Assembly (NCBI GenBank): GCA_027451365.1 | Contig: DAIDJN010000017.1 | Span: 1-61,414, forward strand | Direction of reading: 5' to 3' | DNA length: 61,414 nt | Source: Phycisphaerales bacterium | GTDB lineage: Bacteria; Planctomycetota; Phycisphaerae; WQYP01 | In this document: one piece after another, positions 36,611 to 46,728 of the stretch | Numbering within the stretch: position 1 is the first letter of the stretch | How the letters are laid out: each line of letters begins with the position of its first letter | Program-made: the position numbers and the translations under genes | Notes under the pieces: model-generated | Seen by the model: only the letters and a program-made list of their open reading frames with translations | Told to the model about the DNA's origin: nothing | Database searches by the model: none

Positions 36611-37909
36611 ATGGATTCTCTTCACACACGCCGCATATTTTTGTCGCGCGGGCTGACCGTGTTATCCGCGGCGGCCACGCTTCCGCTGTTCGTCCAGCGA
36701 ACCGCTTTTGCCATGAACAATCCGCACGATCTGCCGTTGACCCAGGCCGCTGCAGGCCGCGGTGATTCTCGCGTTCTGGTGGTGATACAGATGGGCGGCG
36801 GAAACGACGGACTTTCCACGGTTATTCCTGTGGACAATGATGATTACCGCCGCGCCCGCCCCCGGCTGGCTATTACACAAAACCTGCTGCCGCTGGATAA
36901 AACACTGGCATTGCACCCGGCGATGAAAGGCCTGAAGTCGCTCTATGATGACGGACGCATGGGCGTGGTGCTGGGTGTGGGGTACCCGAATCCGAATCGT
37001 TCACATTTTAGATCGATGGCCATCTGGCAAACCGGTCAACCCGCCATCAATGGCAACAGCGGATGGCTCGGGCGTTATTTTGATGCGCAATGTTGTGGAG
37101 CGGATCCGGTAAAGCCTGACGCGGGAATCAGCATCGGTCCGCTTTCACCATTGACGCTAAAGGGTGATAAATTTCAGCCGATTTCGTTCCAGACGCCGGA
37201 ACTGTTCCAATGGCTTCCGGGCCGCGGCAAAGACGCCTATCATCGCCACCTGCATGCAGCGTATGAAACGGTAAATGGCATCAATCATGCCGCAGCCACG
37301 GGAATTTCCGGCGGAAATCCGGAGCTTGATTTTCTGGAACGTACGGCCCTGGATGCGGAAGTATCCGGTGTAGAAGTGCGAAATGCCGTCGGGCGAGCCC
37401 AGAATCATGCCAGTTATCCGCCGTCTGAACTGGGAAAGTCGCTTTCGCTGGTCGCAAAAATGATCGCCGCGGAACTCCCCACACGGGTTTATTACGTTTC
37501 CATCGGCGGGTTTGACACCCACGCCCAGCAGCAGAAGCGCCATGACAATCTGATGGCGGATTTATCCGCTGGTCTGGCTGCTTTTATGGCCGATCTTAAG
37601 GCACAGAACCTGGAAGACCGGACACTGGTGATGACCTTTTCGGAGTTCGGTCGGCGCGTGGCGGAAAACGCGAGTCAGGGAACGGATCACGGAACCGCGG
37701 CACCCATGTTTTTGCTGGGTGGCGGCATTCACGGCGGTTTAATCGGCCGGCAGCCTTCACTTGCCCCGGCGGATCTGCAAATGGGCGACCTGAAATTTTC
37801 CACGGATTTCCGCACTGTATACGCCGGTATACTTTCCGAATGGCTAAAAGCCGACAGTGCCAGCGTGCTGGGGAAGAAATTTAATGCCATCGATTTTGTA
37901 AAATCTTAA
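36611..37909 (+). CDS. DUF1501 family protein, Tat signal
   Basis: TRRIFL, LVVIQMGGGNDGL, PNRSHFRS, GGFDTHAQQ, FSEFGRR..EN..GTDHG, DFRTVY. Confidence 0.93.
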   Translation: MDSLHTRRIFLSRGLTVLSAAATLPLFVQRTAFAMNNPHDLPLTQAAAGRGDSRVLVVIQMGGGNDGLSTVIPVDNDDYRRARPRLAITQNLLPLDKTLALHPAMKGLKSLYDDGRMGVVLGVGYPNPNRSHFRSMAIWQTGQPAINGNSGWLGRYFDAQCCGADPVKPDAGISIGPLSPLTLKGDKFQPISFQTPELFQWLPGRGKDAYHRHLHAAYETVNGINHAAATGISGGNPELDFLERTALDAEVSGVEVRNAVGRAQNHASYPPSELGKSLSLVAKMIAAELPTRVYYVSIGGFDTHAQQQKRHDNLMADLSAGLAAFMADLKAQNLEDRTLVMTFSEFGRRVAENASQGTDHGTAAPMFLLGGGIHGGLIGRQPSLAPADLQMGDLKFSTDFRTVYAGILSEWLKADSASVLGKKFNAIDFVKS

Positions 37910-38075
37910 AGTTCATTCTGTTCCACATGCGTGTCACGCCTGGGAACTTTTTACGGTCAAAAGCTTTCAGCGGCTGTGCCATTTCAAGACAGCGTGGCGC
38001 GACGAGAGCATCGCGGCGGGCCAATCTGCTTGCCGCGTTGCCGGCCGCGCCCCGGGCCACACATTGTTGCAGCGA

Positions 38076-38846
38076 TCAGAAATCCGGACCGGACGGCGCG
38101 GCATCCGCCCGGTTATGCCGGTAAGCCAGAATCCGCACTTCTTCCATGGTTATCATCCCTTCCTGAACCATGTCATCCAGTGCGGGCAGCAAAGTATCAA
38201 TTTTTTCGCGTGAATCGACGATTTCAATGACGATCGGCAGGTCTGTGGAAAGTACCAGAACTTTGTTGGTGTGCAGTACGCTGTTGGCACCAAAACCCAT
38301 TGACCCGCGCAATACCGTGCCACCCGCCAGACCCGCTTCACGCGCTTTGTGAATAATTGCTTCAAACAACGGCTGGCCCTTCCAGGTGTCGGACTCACCG
38401 ATGAATATCCGCAAAAGCACCCCCGTTTCATTTATACGCATGTTTTCCGTCTCCTTGATTTGAGGAATTGTGCTAAGGGCCACGATTTGGCCCGAAAGTT
38501 CCGACCTGTGCGGATCGCCACCGTTTTTCCGGTACATCACCACCGCCGCCCGCTCCAATGTGGCCAGCCCGTGGCGCATCTCAAGAGCTACAATTGTCTG
38601 CAGGAAGTCTGCGATCCGGTTGCCGGTATCTACAAATTCCACAATCACCGGCGCAGCGCTGAGCATCCGAAAATCTGAAGGGCGAAGCATTCCTCTGGCG
38701 CCAAAACCAAAAAGGCCGCGCAACACGGTCGCTCCAGAAAGTTTGCGACGGGCCGCCTCCAGAATCAATCGTTCATACACCGGTGCCAGATGGTATGTTT
38801 CCGCACTGGAAAGAAACAGCCGCAGCAGCACCCGTTCACCATTCAT
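38076..38846 (-). CDS. Tandem DUF190 (PII-like) domain protein
   Basis: Two repeats: LLRLFL..GATVLRGLFGFG..PVIVEFVD and LLRIFIGESD..GGTVLRGSMGFG..DLPIVIEIVD. Confidence 0.9.
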   Translation of the reverse strand: MNGERVLLRLFLSSAETYHLAPVYERLILEAARRKLSGATVLRGLFGFGARGMLRPSDFRMLSAAPVIVEFVDTGNRIADFLQTIVALEMRHGLATLERAAVVMYRKNGGDPHRSELSGQIVALSTIPQIKETENMRINETGVLLRIFIGESDTWKGQPLFEAIIHKAREAGLAGGTVLRGSMGFGANSVLHTNKVLVLSTDLPIVIEIVDSREKIDTLLPALDDMVQEGMITMEEVRILAYRHNRADAAPSGPDF

Positions 38847-38894
38847 AGCGAAATTCCTTCGTACATCTATTCGTGAATTTTATGTCACCGCGAT

Positions 38895-39284
38895 TCAGCC
38901 ACCCATCCAATGCCCAATCATAACACCGAAACGTACCGCAAAAAGCCCCAACACCACGCTGCCTGCGATGTAAAGAAAGGATCGCCAAGCCTGTCCATCG
39001 GAAAGCATCCGATTGGCGTCGAACATATAGGTTGAAAACGTGGTATAGGCCCCTACAAAGCCAACCGCAACCGCCAGGCGTGTGCTTTCAGACATCGGAA
39101 TGCGTGTACCAGCCACCGTTAAAAACCAGCCCAGAAAGAGACTTCCGGATACGTTGATCACCAGCGTGCCAACAGGAAAGGCGGAAAATGGAAACAGCCG
39201 CCCGACAAAAAAGCGGGCTATCGCCCCGAAAAAGCCGGCACCACCCACCGCAACATAATCGATCAAGAGTTTTTTTGTCATCAT
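38895..39284 (-). CDS. crcB: Fluoride efflux channel FluC/CrcB
   Basis: GAIARF, FPVGTLVINVSGS, GFVGAYTTFST. Confidence 0.95.
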   Translation of the reverse strand: MMTKKLLIDYVAVGGAGFFGAIARFFVGRLFPFSAFPVGTLVINVSGSLFLGWFLTVAGTRIPMSESTRLAVAVGFVGAYTTFSTYMFDANRMLSDGQAWRSFLYIAGSVVLGLFAVRFGVMIGHWMGG

Positions 39285-39454
39285 GCGAGCCCTTATACAT
39301 ATCGCTTGCACCAGGGACAGCTTCCATAACCGGGCTGAATACAGCATGGTTGTACCGGACCTGGGCACCGGCTTATCCGGAAATTCCCGGAGAGCCTCTG
39401 CGTTTGCGGATTGGTCAGGGAAAGGCCCGATAAATCCCGCAGCAACGCTTTGGC

Positions 39455-39510
39455 TGTGCAGGAGTTATCAGCCCTCGTTAGAAGGCGGTTCAGGCGAACT
39501 CCATCGCCCT
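39455..39510 (-). ncRNA. Fluoride riboswitch (crcB motif)
   Basis: Minus strand GGCGATGGAGTTCGCC-TGAACCGCC...GGGCTGATAACTCCTGC fits the crcB-motif consensus; upstream of crcB. Confidence 0.92.
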
Positions 39511-39846
39511 TGGAAGCTAACTGTGGCAATGCTAACGACCAGACAGAACAGAGTCAAACCGCTAAACTGAATCTGCCGCATGAATCAGGCACCGGGCCAA
39601 CGGTCCGCTAATTTTCCTGACTACGGCCGAATTTGGCCTGTTCCAGCGGCAATTGCCGCGGCATTGCCGAAAGGTCTGGATATGATCGCTTTGAATTCCA
39701 GCCGCGCGGACTTAAACTTATCGGCAAGCATGCATCGGTTCGCAAGGAAACCGCCTTGCGGACCAATGCTGACGTGTAATGGCAAATAGGAACCAAACCG
39801 GTGGATCGGCCGTTTGTTTTGGCTGGCGCGATGGAGAACGTAATTC

Positions 39847-41142
39847 ATGGCGATTGTTGTGCAGTGCCATCAATGCAGCAAAATCCTGCACTTGGATGAC
39901 GGATTTCGTGGCGGTGTCTGCCGTTGCGGTGGCTGCGGCACGTTACTGCGCGTACCTAAAGACGCAGGAGAACAAAAGCAGACCAGCAGGCCCGATGAAC
40001 CCGGCAAGGCGGCCAAACAGACTGAACGGCCCGAATCTCCATTGCAGGACCCCGGTTTATCCCGCGGCACACTGACTGGTCAAAAAGCCCCGCGTCCGGC
40101 AGACCCGGCCAACAGCAGTGGCGCATTTGCAAGTTCCGGTGCGCGTAATCGCCCTGCTTCACCGGGTTCCCCGAGTCGCAATGCGCCCTCTGCAGCCGAT
40201 AGTGACGCGTTGACCGGCCTTGAGGCCCTTGCGGCCATGGCCCCAGGAACTGCCGATGGGACTAAATCCGATTCCGGGCGACCGGTGCCACAGCCAGGGC
40301 TGAAGCCCGGCCGATCTGGAAGTTTCAAGCCTCCCGGAAATACGGCGACCAAAGCAACCAAAGTTTCGAAGACCAATCCAACCGCTCCAGAGCGAAAGAG
40401 TAAACCCAAACCAGAATCGCCGCCCGCCATTCGCGAGGCACTGGTGGTAGATACAAAGCGCGGCAGCCCGATGCTGCTGTGGATATTTATTGGTGCGGGG
40501 ATTGTGTTTGTAATCGCGGTGGTCATTATTCTCATCGCGGTATTTCATCAATCCGGCGGATCAGCCGCCAATGGAAATTCGGTCGGCGGTGGTTCTTTCA
40601 GCGGACCAGCCTCAAAAGTGGCGCAATCAGGCCCACGGTTTTTAAGTATTCCGCTGGTCGGGAAGAGAATTATTTTCAGCCTTGACGGGTCCTCGGCCAA
40701 TACCAACAGTTTTAATCTTGTGGCCGACCAGGTAAAACGGGCGGTAGCAACACTATCGGGCGACCAAAAATTTAAAATTGCCATCTGGCGCGGCAACCGG
40801 CTGCACCTGATTCCAAAATCCGGCTGGCTCACCGCCGGTACCGCCAAGACATCTTTGTCCAAGCTGATGAATTTTACCCCCTACGGCAGTTCCGACGCGG
40901 CAATCTGCATGCCCGGTTCACTGAAACTGGGCGGCGATCAAATAATTTTTGTCACCGCGAAAGCCATACTGCCGGACCATATTACTCAACTTGTCGCCGC
41001 AGCCCGGTCCCATTCCGAGCGCATTGACACCATTTCAGTGGATGGTGAACGAAAAGACATGGCGAATATCGCTCAGGCCGATGATGGCATTTTCCGCATG
41101 TATTCCAATTCGGAATTGCAGAACCTGGCCGGCGGGCAGTAA
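39847..41142 (+). CDS. Hypothetical bitopic protein: Zn-ribbon, Pro/Ser-rich linker, TM helix, vWA-like domain
   Basis: CHQC-x16-CGGC; TM LLWIFIGAGIVFVIAVVIILIAVF; IIFSLDGSS, QKFKI, DQIIFVT, IAQADDGIF. Confidence 0.8.
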   Translation: MAIVVQCHQCSKILHLDDGFRGGVCRCGGCGTLLRVPKDAGEQKQTSRPDEPGKAAKQTERPESPLQDPGLSRGTLTGQKAPRPADPANSSGAFASSGARNRPASPGSPSRNAPSAADSDALTGLEALAAMAPGTADGTKSDSGRPVPQPGLKPGRSGSFKPPGNTATKATKVSKTNPTAPERKSKPKPESPPAIREALVVDTKRGSPMLLWIFIGAGIVFVIAVVIILIAVFHQSGGSAANGNSVGGGSFSGPASKVAQSGPRFLSIPLVGKRIIFSLDGSSANTNSFNLVADQVKRAVATLSGDQKFKIAIWRGNRLHLIPKSGWLTAGTAKTSLSKLMNFTPYGSSDAAICMPGSLKLGGDQIIFVTAKAILPDHITQLVAAARSHSERIDTISVDGERKDMANIAQADDGIFRMYSNSELQNLAGGQ

Positions 41143-41194
41143 CCTTCGGCATCGACTGCAGAAATGAAAATACACCCGCATTTTGTGATTCACC

Positions 41195-42517
41195 ATGACC
41201 GATCCGCCAACACACAAAACCGAAGGGTTCCTGCTTGCGGCGGATGCTGTTCTGGCCGACGCCTACACACTCTGGCCACAAGCGGCACTGCGCATTGACC
41301 GGGGGATCATCGCCGAAACCGGACCGCTGGCGAAGATGACGGATGGCCACCGGCATTTGCCACTGGTTCACCTGCCTCATCATATACTTGTCCCTGGTTT
41401 AATTAACGCCCATACACATCTTGAATTAAGCTTCGCGCGCGGACTTATTCCACCACCACGGCATTTTACCGATTGGGTATTACAGCTTGTTTCACAGCTT
41501 CCCGCGGAGCCGCAGGCGGAGGACAAAATTCCCGCTGCAACCAGCCTTGGCGCCAGGGAATGTCTGGCTTTCGGCGTTACAACGGTCGGCGATATTTCCC
41601 GATTTCCCGCCCTGACGCGCCGAACTTTGGCGGGTCTGCCGCTACGGACGGTCAGTTATGGCGAGATTACCGGTTTGGGCAGATCACGCGATTTTCTGGA
41701 ACACCGGCTTACTATCGCGGCAGATCGATCCTTCCAGACACCGCGCCTGAACATCGGGCTTTCTCCGCATGCGCCTTATTCGGTGGAAGGGCCGGCACTG
41801 CGGCGGATTGTGGATGCGGCAATCGCGGGAAATATGCCACTCGCCATGCACTTGGCCGAATTGACCGAGGAATCTGACTTTTTAAGCAGTCTGGGGGGAC
41901 CTCTCGGCCGAGACTGGGAATTGATGAAACGACTTGACCTGCTTGACGACAAAATACCGCTTTCGGCCGCCGGACCGGTCGGATGGGCCGCGGAATGGGG
42001 CCTGCTGGAGCCTCAGGGCACGGCGAAGCTACCCATGGTTCTGGCCCATTGCAATTATCTTTCCGATGCGGATATTTTGCGGATTGCCGCCGCTGGTGCT
42101 TCGGTTGCATTCTGTCCGCGAACGCATCATTACTTCGGCCATTCCACTGGCAGCGACCATCCGTGGCGGCGGCTGATGGCTGCGGGCGTGAATGTATGTC
42201 TGGCGACCGATTCTCTGGCCAGCAATCCGGATTTATCTTTGCTGCGTGAGTCTCAGTGGCTGTTGAGCCGCGAGCCTTCCATTTCACCGCATACGCTGCT
42301 GGAAATGATGACGACGGCCGGGGCGACGGCTATTGGACTTGCCGGGCGGGCCGGTCGCCTGCACATTGGCTATTATGCGGACATTCTGGCATTTTCCCCA
42401 CCTGCGGAAGTGCGCGATAGACCGCAAACCCTCGCGGAATGGCTGGTGAAAACTGCCCCACTGCCCAGCAAGGTGTGGGCCGGTGGCGAGCAGGTTATAC
42501 CAGTCTCGACCGGTTAA
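41195..42517 (+). CDS. Metal-dependent amidohydrolase (MTA/SAH or aminodeoxyfutalosine deaminase-like)
   Basis: PGLINAHTHLE, GVTTVGDI, SPHAPYSV, MHLAE, AHCNY, FCPRTH, LATDSLASN. Confidence 0.88.
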   Translation: MTDPPTHKTEGFLLAADAVLADAYTLWPQAALRIDRGIIAETGPLAKMTDGHRHLPLVHLPHHILVPGLINAHTHLELSFARGLIPPPRHFTDWVLQLVSQLPAEPQAEDKIPAATSLGARECLAFGVTTVGDISRFPALTRRTLAGLPLRTVSYGEITGLGRSRDFLEHRLTIAADRSFQTPRLNIGLSPHAPYSVEGPALRRIVDAAIAGNMPLAMHLAELTEESDFLSSLGGPLGRDWELMKRLDLLDDKIPLSAAGPVGWAAEWGLLEPQGTAKLPMVLAHCNYLSDADILRIAAAGASVAFCPRTHHYFGHSTGSDHPWRRLMAAGVNVCLATDSLASNPDLSLLRESQWLLSREPSISPHTLLEMMTTAGATAIGLAGRAGRLHIGYYADILAFSPPAEVRDRPQTLAEWLVKTAPLPSKVWAGGEQVIPVSTG

Positions 42518-42624
42518 TGAATGATCGGAAAGTTATGTCGGGAACGGACCGGGCGGTGACGGCTGCTTGGGAATTTGATACAAAGCGTTTCGGTGTGAAG
42601 CGAATGACCCCGGGATATTGGGGC

Positions 42625-43419
42625 TTACTCGGCAAATTCACGCTCATGTCGCGAAAGTTGCCCTTTCAGGCGTTCGACAATGCTCGAATGCATCTGGCTG
42701 ACGCGTGATTCGGAAAGATCCAGAGCTTTACCGATCTCTTTCATTGTGTAATCTTCGTAATAATACAACACAAGGATCATTTTTTCCGGCCTTGAAAGGC
42801 CGCGCGTAATTAATTCCTTAAGGTCCTTTCGGTGAATTTCATCCAGAGGCGAACCGCCGGCTTTATCCTCCAGCACATCCACTTCGCGGCCTTCCTGACT
42901 GCTGTCGGCGTCAAACCATTTGCGGGAAAGGCTTACCTGCGAAACAGTGTTGGAGTCCTTGATCATTTTGTCGAACTCTTCGGCCGATACGCCCAGACGT
43001 TTGGCAATTTCTTCGTTTGCCGGGGCGCGGCCAAGCTCCATTTCCAACTGGCGACTGGCCTGGTCCACTTTGCTGGCACGGCTGCGCACGAGCCGCGGCA
43101 CCCAGTCCATGTTGCGGAGTTCATCCAGGATGGCACCGCGAATGCGAGGAGCACAGTAAGTTTCAAATTTGACACCGCGATTCGGATCAAATGACTCAAT
43201 CGCGTCCTTCAAGCCAAATGAGCCTGCTTGAATCAGGTCGTCGAGTTCAACTTCATCAGGAAGTTTGGCATAGATGCGTTCAGCGTTGTATTTAACCAAC
43301 GGCAGATATTCCATCATCAGAAGATTGCGGGTGGCTTCGGTCTTCTTAAGTTTGAAACCTTTCCAGACATCGTTAATGTCCTGTTCAACGGCGGCGGTGG
43401 TGGTGCGTGTTTTGGCCAT
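42625..43419 (-). CDS. fliA: FliA/WhiG-family sigma-28 factor
   Basis: YLPLVKY, DDLIQAG..GL, FETYCAPRIRGAILDELR..DWVPR, LYYYEDYTMKEIG..LDLSESRVSQMHS. Confidence 0.92.
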   Translation of the reverse strand: MAKTRTTTAAVEQDINDVWKGFKLKKTEATRNLLMMEYLPLVKYNAERIYAKLPDEVELDDLIQAGSFGLKDAIESFDPNRGVKFETYCAPRIRGAILDELRNMDWVPRLVRSRASKVDQASRQLEMELGRAPANEEIAKRLGVSAEEFDKMIKDSNTVSQVSLSRKWFDADSSQEGREVDVLEDKAGGSPLDEIHRKDLKELITRGLSRPEKMILVLYYYEDYTMKEIGKALDLSESRVSQMHSSIVERLKGQLSRHEREFAE

Positions 43420-44133
43420 AATAGCTCACTCCTTAACCACGAATACATCCCTGTACCGCACAAGGAATACAGATACCTGCGCGATAAATCGGACGGTCAG
43501 AACAACTGATACGGCAGAAACCGCGGATGAAAAATCCGCGTCTTGAAGCCGCGTCGCGCGTAAATTCAGACGGGCAACTGAACGGTTCATGGCGCATAGC
43601 CACCGGGTAAAGGGGGGGCAGGTATGAAAGGATTTGGGCAAAGCGTTCATAACGAATCCGTTCGATTATAGCCGGGACATCCGTGCCGCGGCTTTCCATT
43701 TGGCCAGATTGATGAAAATTCCACTTTGTGCAAGTGAATTTCCGTCACTGGCCCGTTGGCTCTCTTCCTCCTGTGCCATATTCATTTTTTTGCCGGGCAA
43801 ACACTGAACTGTTCACCCAAATTTGAAGCGACGCATGATTATGAACAGTCGGTTGGGTTCATCCTAAAACCCGTTTCGCGAACTTATTTTGAATTGGTAC
43901 CCAGCCAATTCAGAACCATTCGCGGACCAACTTGCGTCTGCCTTTTCACAGCGTCCGCTTTTATTGGACATGAAATAGTTTACCATGCTTTACCGTTAAG
44001 GCAAGTGAAAACATGATTTTCAAAATCACCAAGGCGGTGAACCATCCGACTTGCTAAACAAACTTGACCAGGAAGGCCAGCTGGCATCTGCCGCCCGCCG
44101 ATCTGGCCAAGGCGTAAGTCCGCATTGCATCAC

Positions 44134-45090
44134 CTAGGTCAGCAGGTCTTCTTCCCGCAGCCAGGCAATGAATCGCGTCAGGCCTTCGCGCACCTGAATG
44201 ACCGGCTGATAACCAAGGTCGCGCCGAGCCTTGCCGATGTCCGCATACGTCACCGGCGGTTCCGAAGCCGGCGATGGGACGTCCCGCACCAAGGCTTTTC
44301 GGCCGAGCAATTGCTCAATTTCACGAACGAAATCAATATTCGCAACCGGATTTCCGCACCCGAGATTATAAATCTGATAACCATTGGGGCGATCCAGAGC
44401 GGCTACAAACCCTGCGACAATATCATCCACGTAGGTCCAGTCCCGCTGCAGACGCCCCGCATCGTAAAGGGTCAGTTCCTTGCCGGCGGCAATGTCCATG
44501 GTCCACTGCCAGGGCATCATGTCCGGGCGACCATGCGGGCCATAGACATTAAAGAAACGCAGAATGGTGATCGGCATCTGCCAGAGATGATGAAAACTGT
44601 GGGCAAAAAGTTCCATAGCTCGCTTGCTTGCCGGGTAGGCCGCCAGCGGACGGTCCGCACTGGCGGTTTCCGAAAAGGGAGTGGGCGTGGACTGACCATA
44701 CACCGATCCGGTGGATGCCAGAAGAAAGTGCGGCCGTCCCACAGAGCGGGCGGCCTCGAGCAGATTCATGGTTCCCTGCACGTTGACAGCGCCATAAATC
44801 AGGGGATGGGACACGCTGAATCGCACCGATGCCATTGCTGCTATGTGCGCGACCGAATCAGGTTGAAAAGCCCGGCAAATTTCCAGCATTCTGTCCGCTT
44901 CGCGCAGGTCGGCCCGAATGAGTGTGAAATTGGGGTTCTTTTGAATATCCCGCAAATGCCGATGTTTATGGATGACCGGATAGTAGTCGTTGAAATTGTC
45001 CAAACCCGTGACGGTATCTCCGCGGGCAAGAAGTGCGGCGGCGAGTCTGGATCCGATAAAACCGGCGGCACCGGTTACCAACACACGCAT
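44134..45090 (-). CDS. NAD-dependent nucleotide-sugar epimerase (UDP-glucuronate 4-epimerase-like)
   Basis: VTGAAGFIG, DNFNDYY, HIAAMASVRFS, YPASKR, LRFFNVYGPHGRPDM, RDWTYVDDI. Confidence 0.92.
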   Translation of the reverse strand: MRVLVTGAAGFIGSRLAAALLARGDTVTGLDNFNDYYPVIHKHRHLRDIQKNPNFTLIRADLREADRMLEICRAFQPDSVAHIAAMASVRFSVSHPLIYGAVNVQGTMNLLEAARSVGRPHFLLASTGSVYGQSTPTPFSETASADRPLAAYPASKRAMELFAHSFHHLWQMPITILRFFNVYGPHGRPDMMPWQWTMDIAAGKELTLYDAGRLQRDWTYVDDIVAGFVAALDRPNGYQIYNLGCGNPVANIDFVREIEQLLGRKALVRDVPSPASEPPVTYADIGKARRDLGYQPVIQVREGLTRFIAWLREEDLLT

Positions 45091-45185
45091 GGGAAACTCC
45101 TTTTCCACCCGCCCGGGCAACGCTTTGTAACGAGACAAAAGCGGGAATTCACTTCACCGGCATGCACCGGCGAACGCCTCGGCGA

Positions 45186-46643
45186 TCAGCCAAGCTTTTT
45201 TTTCCAGCGGCTTAACTGTTCCTTTAACTGCCGCTGTCCCCCGGCTCCGTGCGACCGATAGGCGAGCACCACCTGTGCGGGTCCCAGCACATCAAGCACA
45301 TCAGGTCCGATGACGGAACAATGCATCCGCATCATTTCCAGCGGCAGGCCGGCCAGCGAGCGGATATTTTCCTGTTCGCACCGGGCCACCAGCGCCCCGA
45401 CCACCTGATGAGCGGTGCGGAAGGACACGCCCTTTTTCACCAGATACTCGGCCAGCACGGTGGCATCGAGGAAACCTTCATTCAGGCGCGCCAAAATTTC
45501 GGCCGGCTTAGGTAAAGTGGAACGCACGATTTCAGTCGCGATGGACAGGCAGGCCTCCACGGAGTCGTATGCGGCGAACAGCCAGCGTTTGTCCTCCTGC
45601 ATGTCACGGTTGTAGGCCAGGGGCTGAGCTTTGAGCATGGTCAGCATCGCCACAAGTTGTCCGTAGACGCCGCCAGTTTTGCCGCGAATTAATTCCAGCA
45701 TATCCGGATTGCGTTTCTGCGGCATCATGCTGCTGCCCGTGGTATAGCTGTCGGCAAGTCGAATAAAATCAAATTCTGTAGATGTGTATATAATCCACTG
45801 TTCGGCCCAGCGGGAAAGGTGCATGGCGATCATGGACAGATCAAACACCAGTTCCACCACGAAATCCCGATCACTGACCGCATCCAGCGAATTGTGAGCC
45901 ACATCGGCGAAATCCAGCAGTTTTGCAGTATACGCACGGTCTATATTCAGGGTGGTGCCGGCGACAGCTCCGCTGCCCAGCGGGGATACGTTGGTTCGGC
46001 GTCGGCAATCCGCCAGCCGCTGGAGATCGCGATCCAGCATTTCCGCATAGGCCAGCAGTTCATGTCCGAACGTGATGGGCTGGGCCCTCTGCAAATGGGT
46101 AAACGCGGGCATCACTGTCTGGCCATGGTCATGGGCAAGTTGAACCAGGGCCTTCTGCAGATTGACAATCAGTCCGGTCAGCGCGTCAATCGCCGCACGG
46201 CACCAGAGCCGGACATCAAGCGCCACCTGGTCGTTGCGCGACCGGGCGGTGTGAAGCTTGCGGCCCGGTTCGCCAATGCGCCGGATAAGGTCCGCCTCCA
46301 CGGCCATGTGAATATCTTCCTGGGCGATATCAAAAGTAAAGCGGCCGGTCTGAATATCGGCCAGAATATCCGCAAGCCCCTGCCGAATACCGGTCAGTTC
46401 GTCGGCGGAAATAAGCCCGGCACGGCACAGCATGTCCGCGTGGGCCAGCGACCCGCGGATGTCATGTTCCGCAAGGCGGGTGTCAAAGGAAAGCGATTCA
46501 ACAAACCGCTCCGCCAGTGCGCTGGCACCGGTGCCGATTCTGGCCTGCCAGGACTTGGCGGGCGGGGCGCCTTCAGACCCGGCCGAGGAGAAAGTGGATG
46601 CCGTTTTTGCTTTTTTATCGTTCTTTTTTTTCATTGAATCCAC
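45186..46643 (-). CDS. argH: Argininosuccinate lyase
   Basis: EDIHM, KLHTARSRNDQV, THLQRAQP, SPLGSGA, GSSMMPQKRNPD, YNRDMQEDK. Confidence 0.97.
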   Translation of the reverse strand: MDSMKKKNDKKAKTASTFSSAGSEGAPPAKSWQARIGTGASALAERFVESLSFDTRLAEHDIRGSLAHADMLCRAGLISADELTGIRQGLADILADIQTGRFTFDIAQEDIHMAVEADLIRRIGEPGRKLHTARSRNDQVALDVRLWCRAAIDALTGLIVNLQKALVQLAHDHGQTVMPAFTHLQRAQPITFGHELLAYAEMLDRDLQRLADCRRRTNVSPLGSGAVAGTTLNIDRAYTAKLLDFADVAHNSLDAVSDRDFVVELVFDLSMIAMHLSRWAEQWIIYTSTEFDFIRLADSYTTGSSMMPQKRNPDMLELIRGKTGGVYGQLVAMLTMLKAQPLAYNRDMQEDKRWLFAAYDSVEACLSIATEIVRSTLPKPAEILARLNEGFLDATVLAEYLVKKGVSFRTAHQVVGALVARCEQENIRSLAGLPLEMMRMHCSVIGPDVLDVLGPAQVVLAYRSHGAGGQRQLKEQLSRWKKKLG

Positions 46644-46728
46644 CGGTTATTATCTTGAATCCAGGTAAAGACAATCCACCGGCGTTCGCACTCCCAGCCG
46701 CGCCCCGGTTTCTGCTTCCGTAGCGACT

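Noticed and set aside
44125..45261. 378-aa plus-strand ORF and similar long antisense ORFs (e.g. 54236..55138, 45819..46637, 11223..12029)
   Set aside because: They lie opposite well-supported genes and have no motifs; typical shadow ORFs in GC-rich DNA
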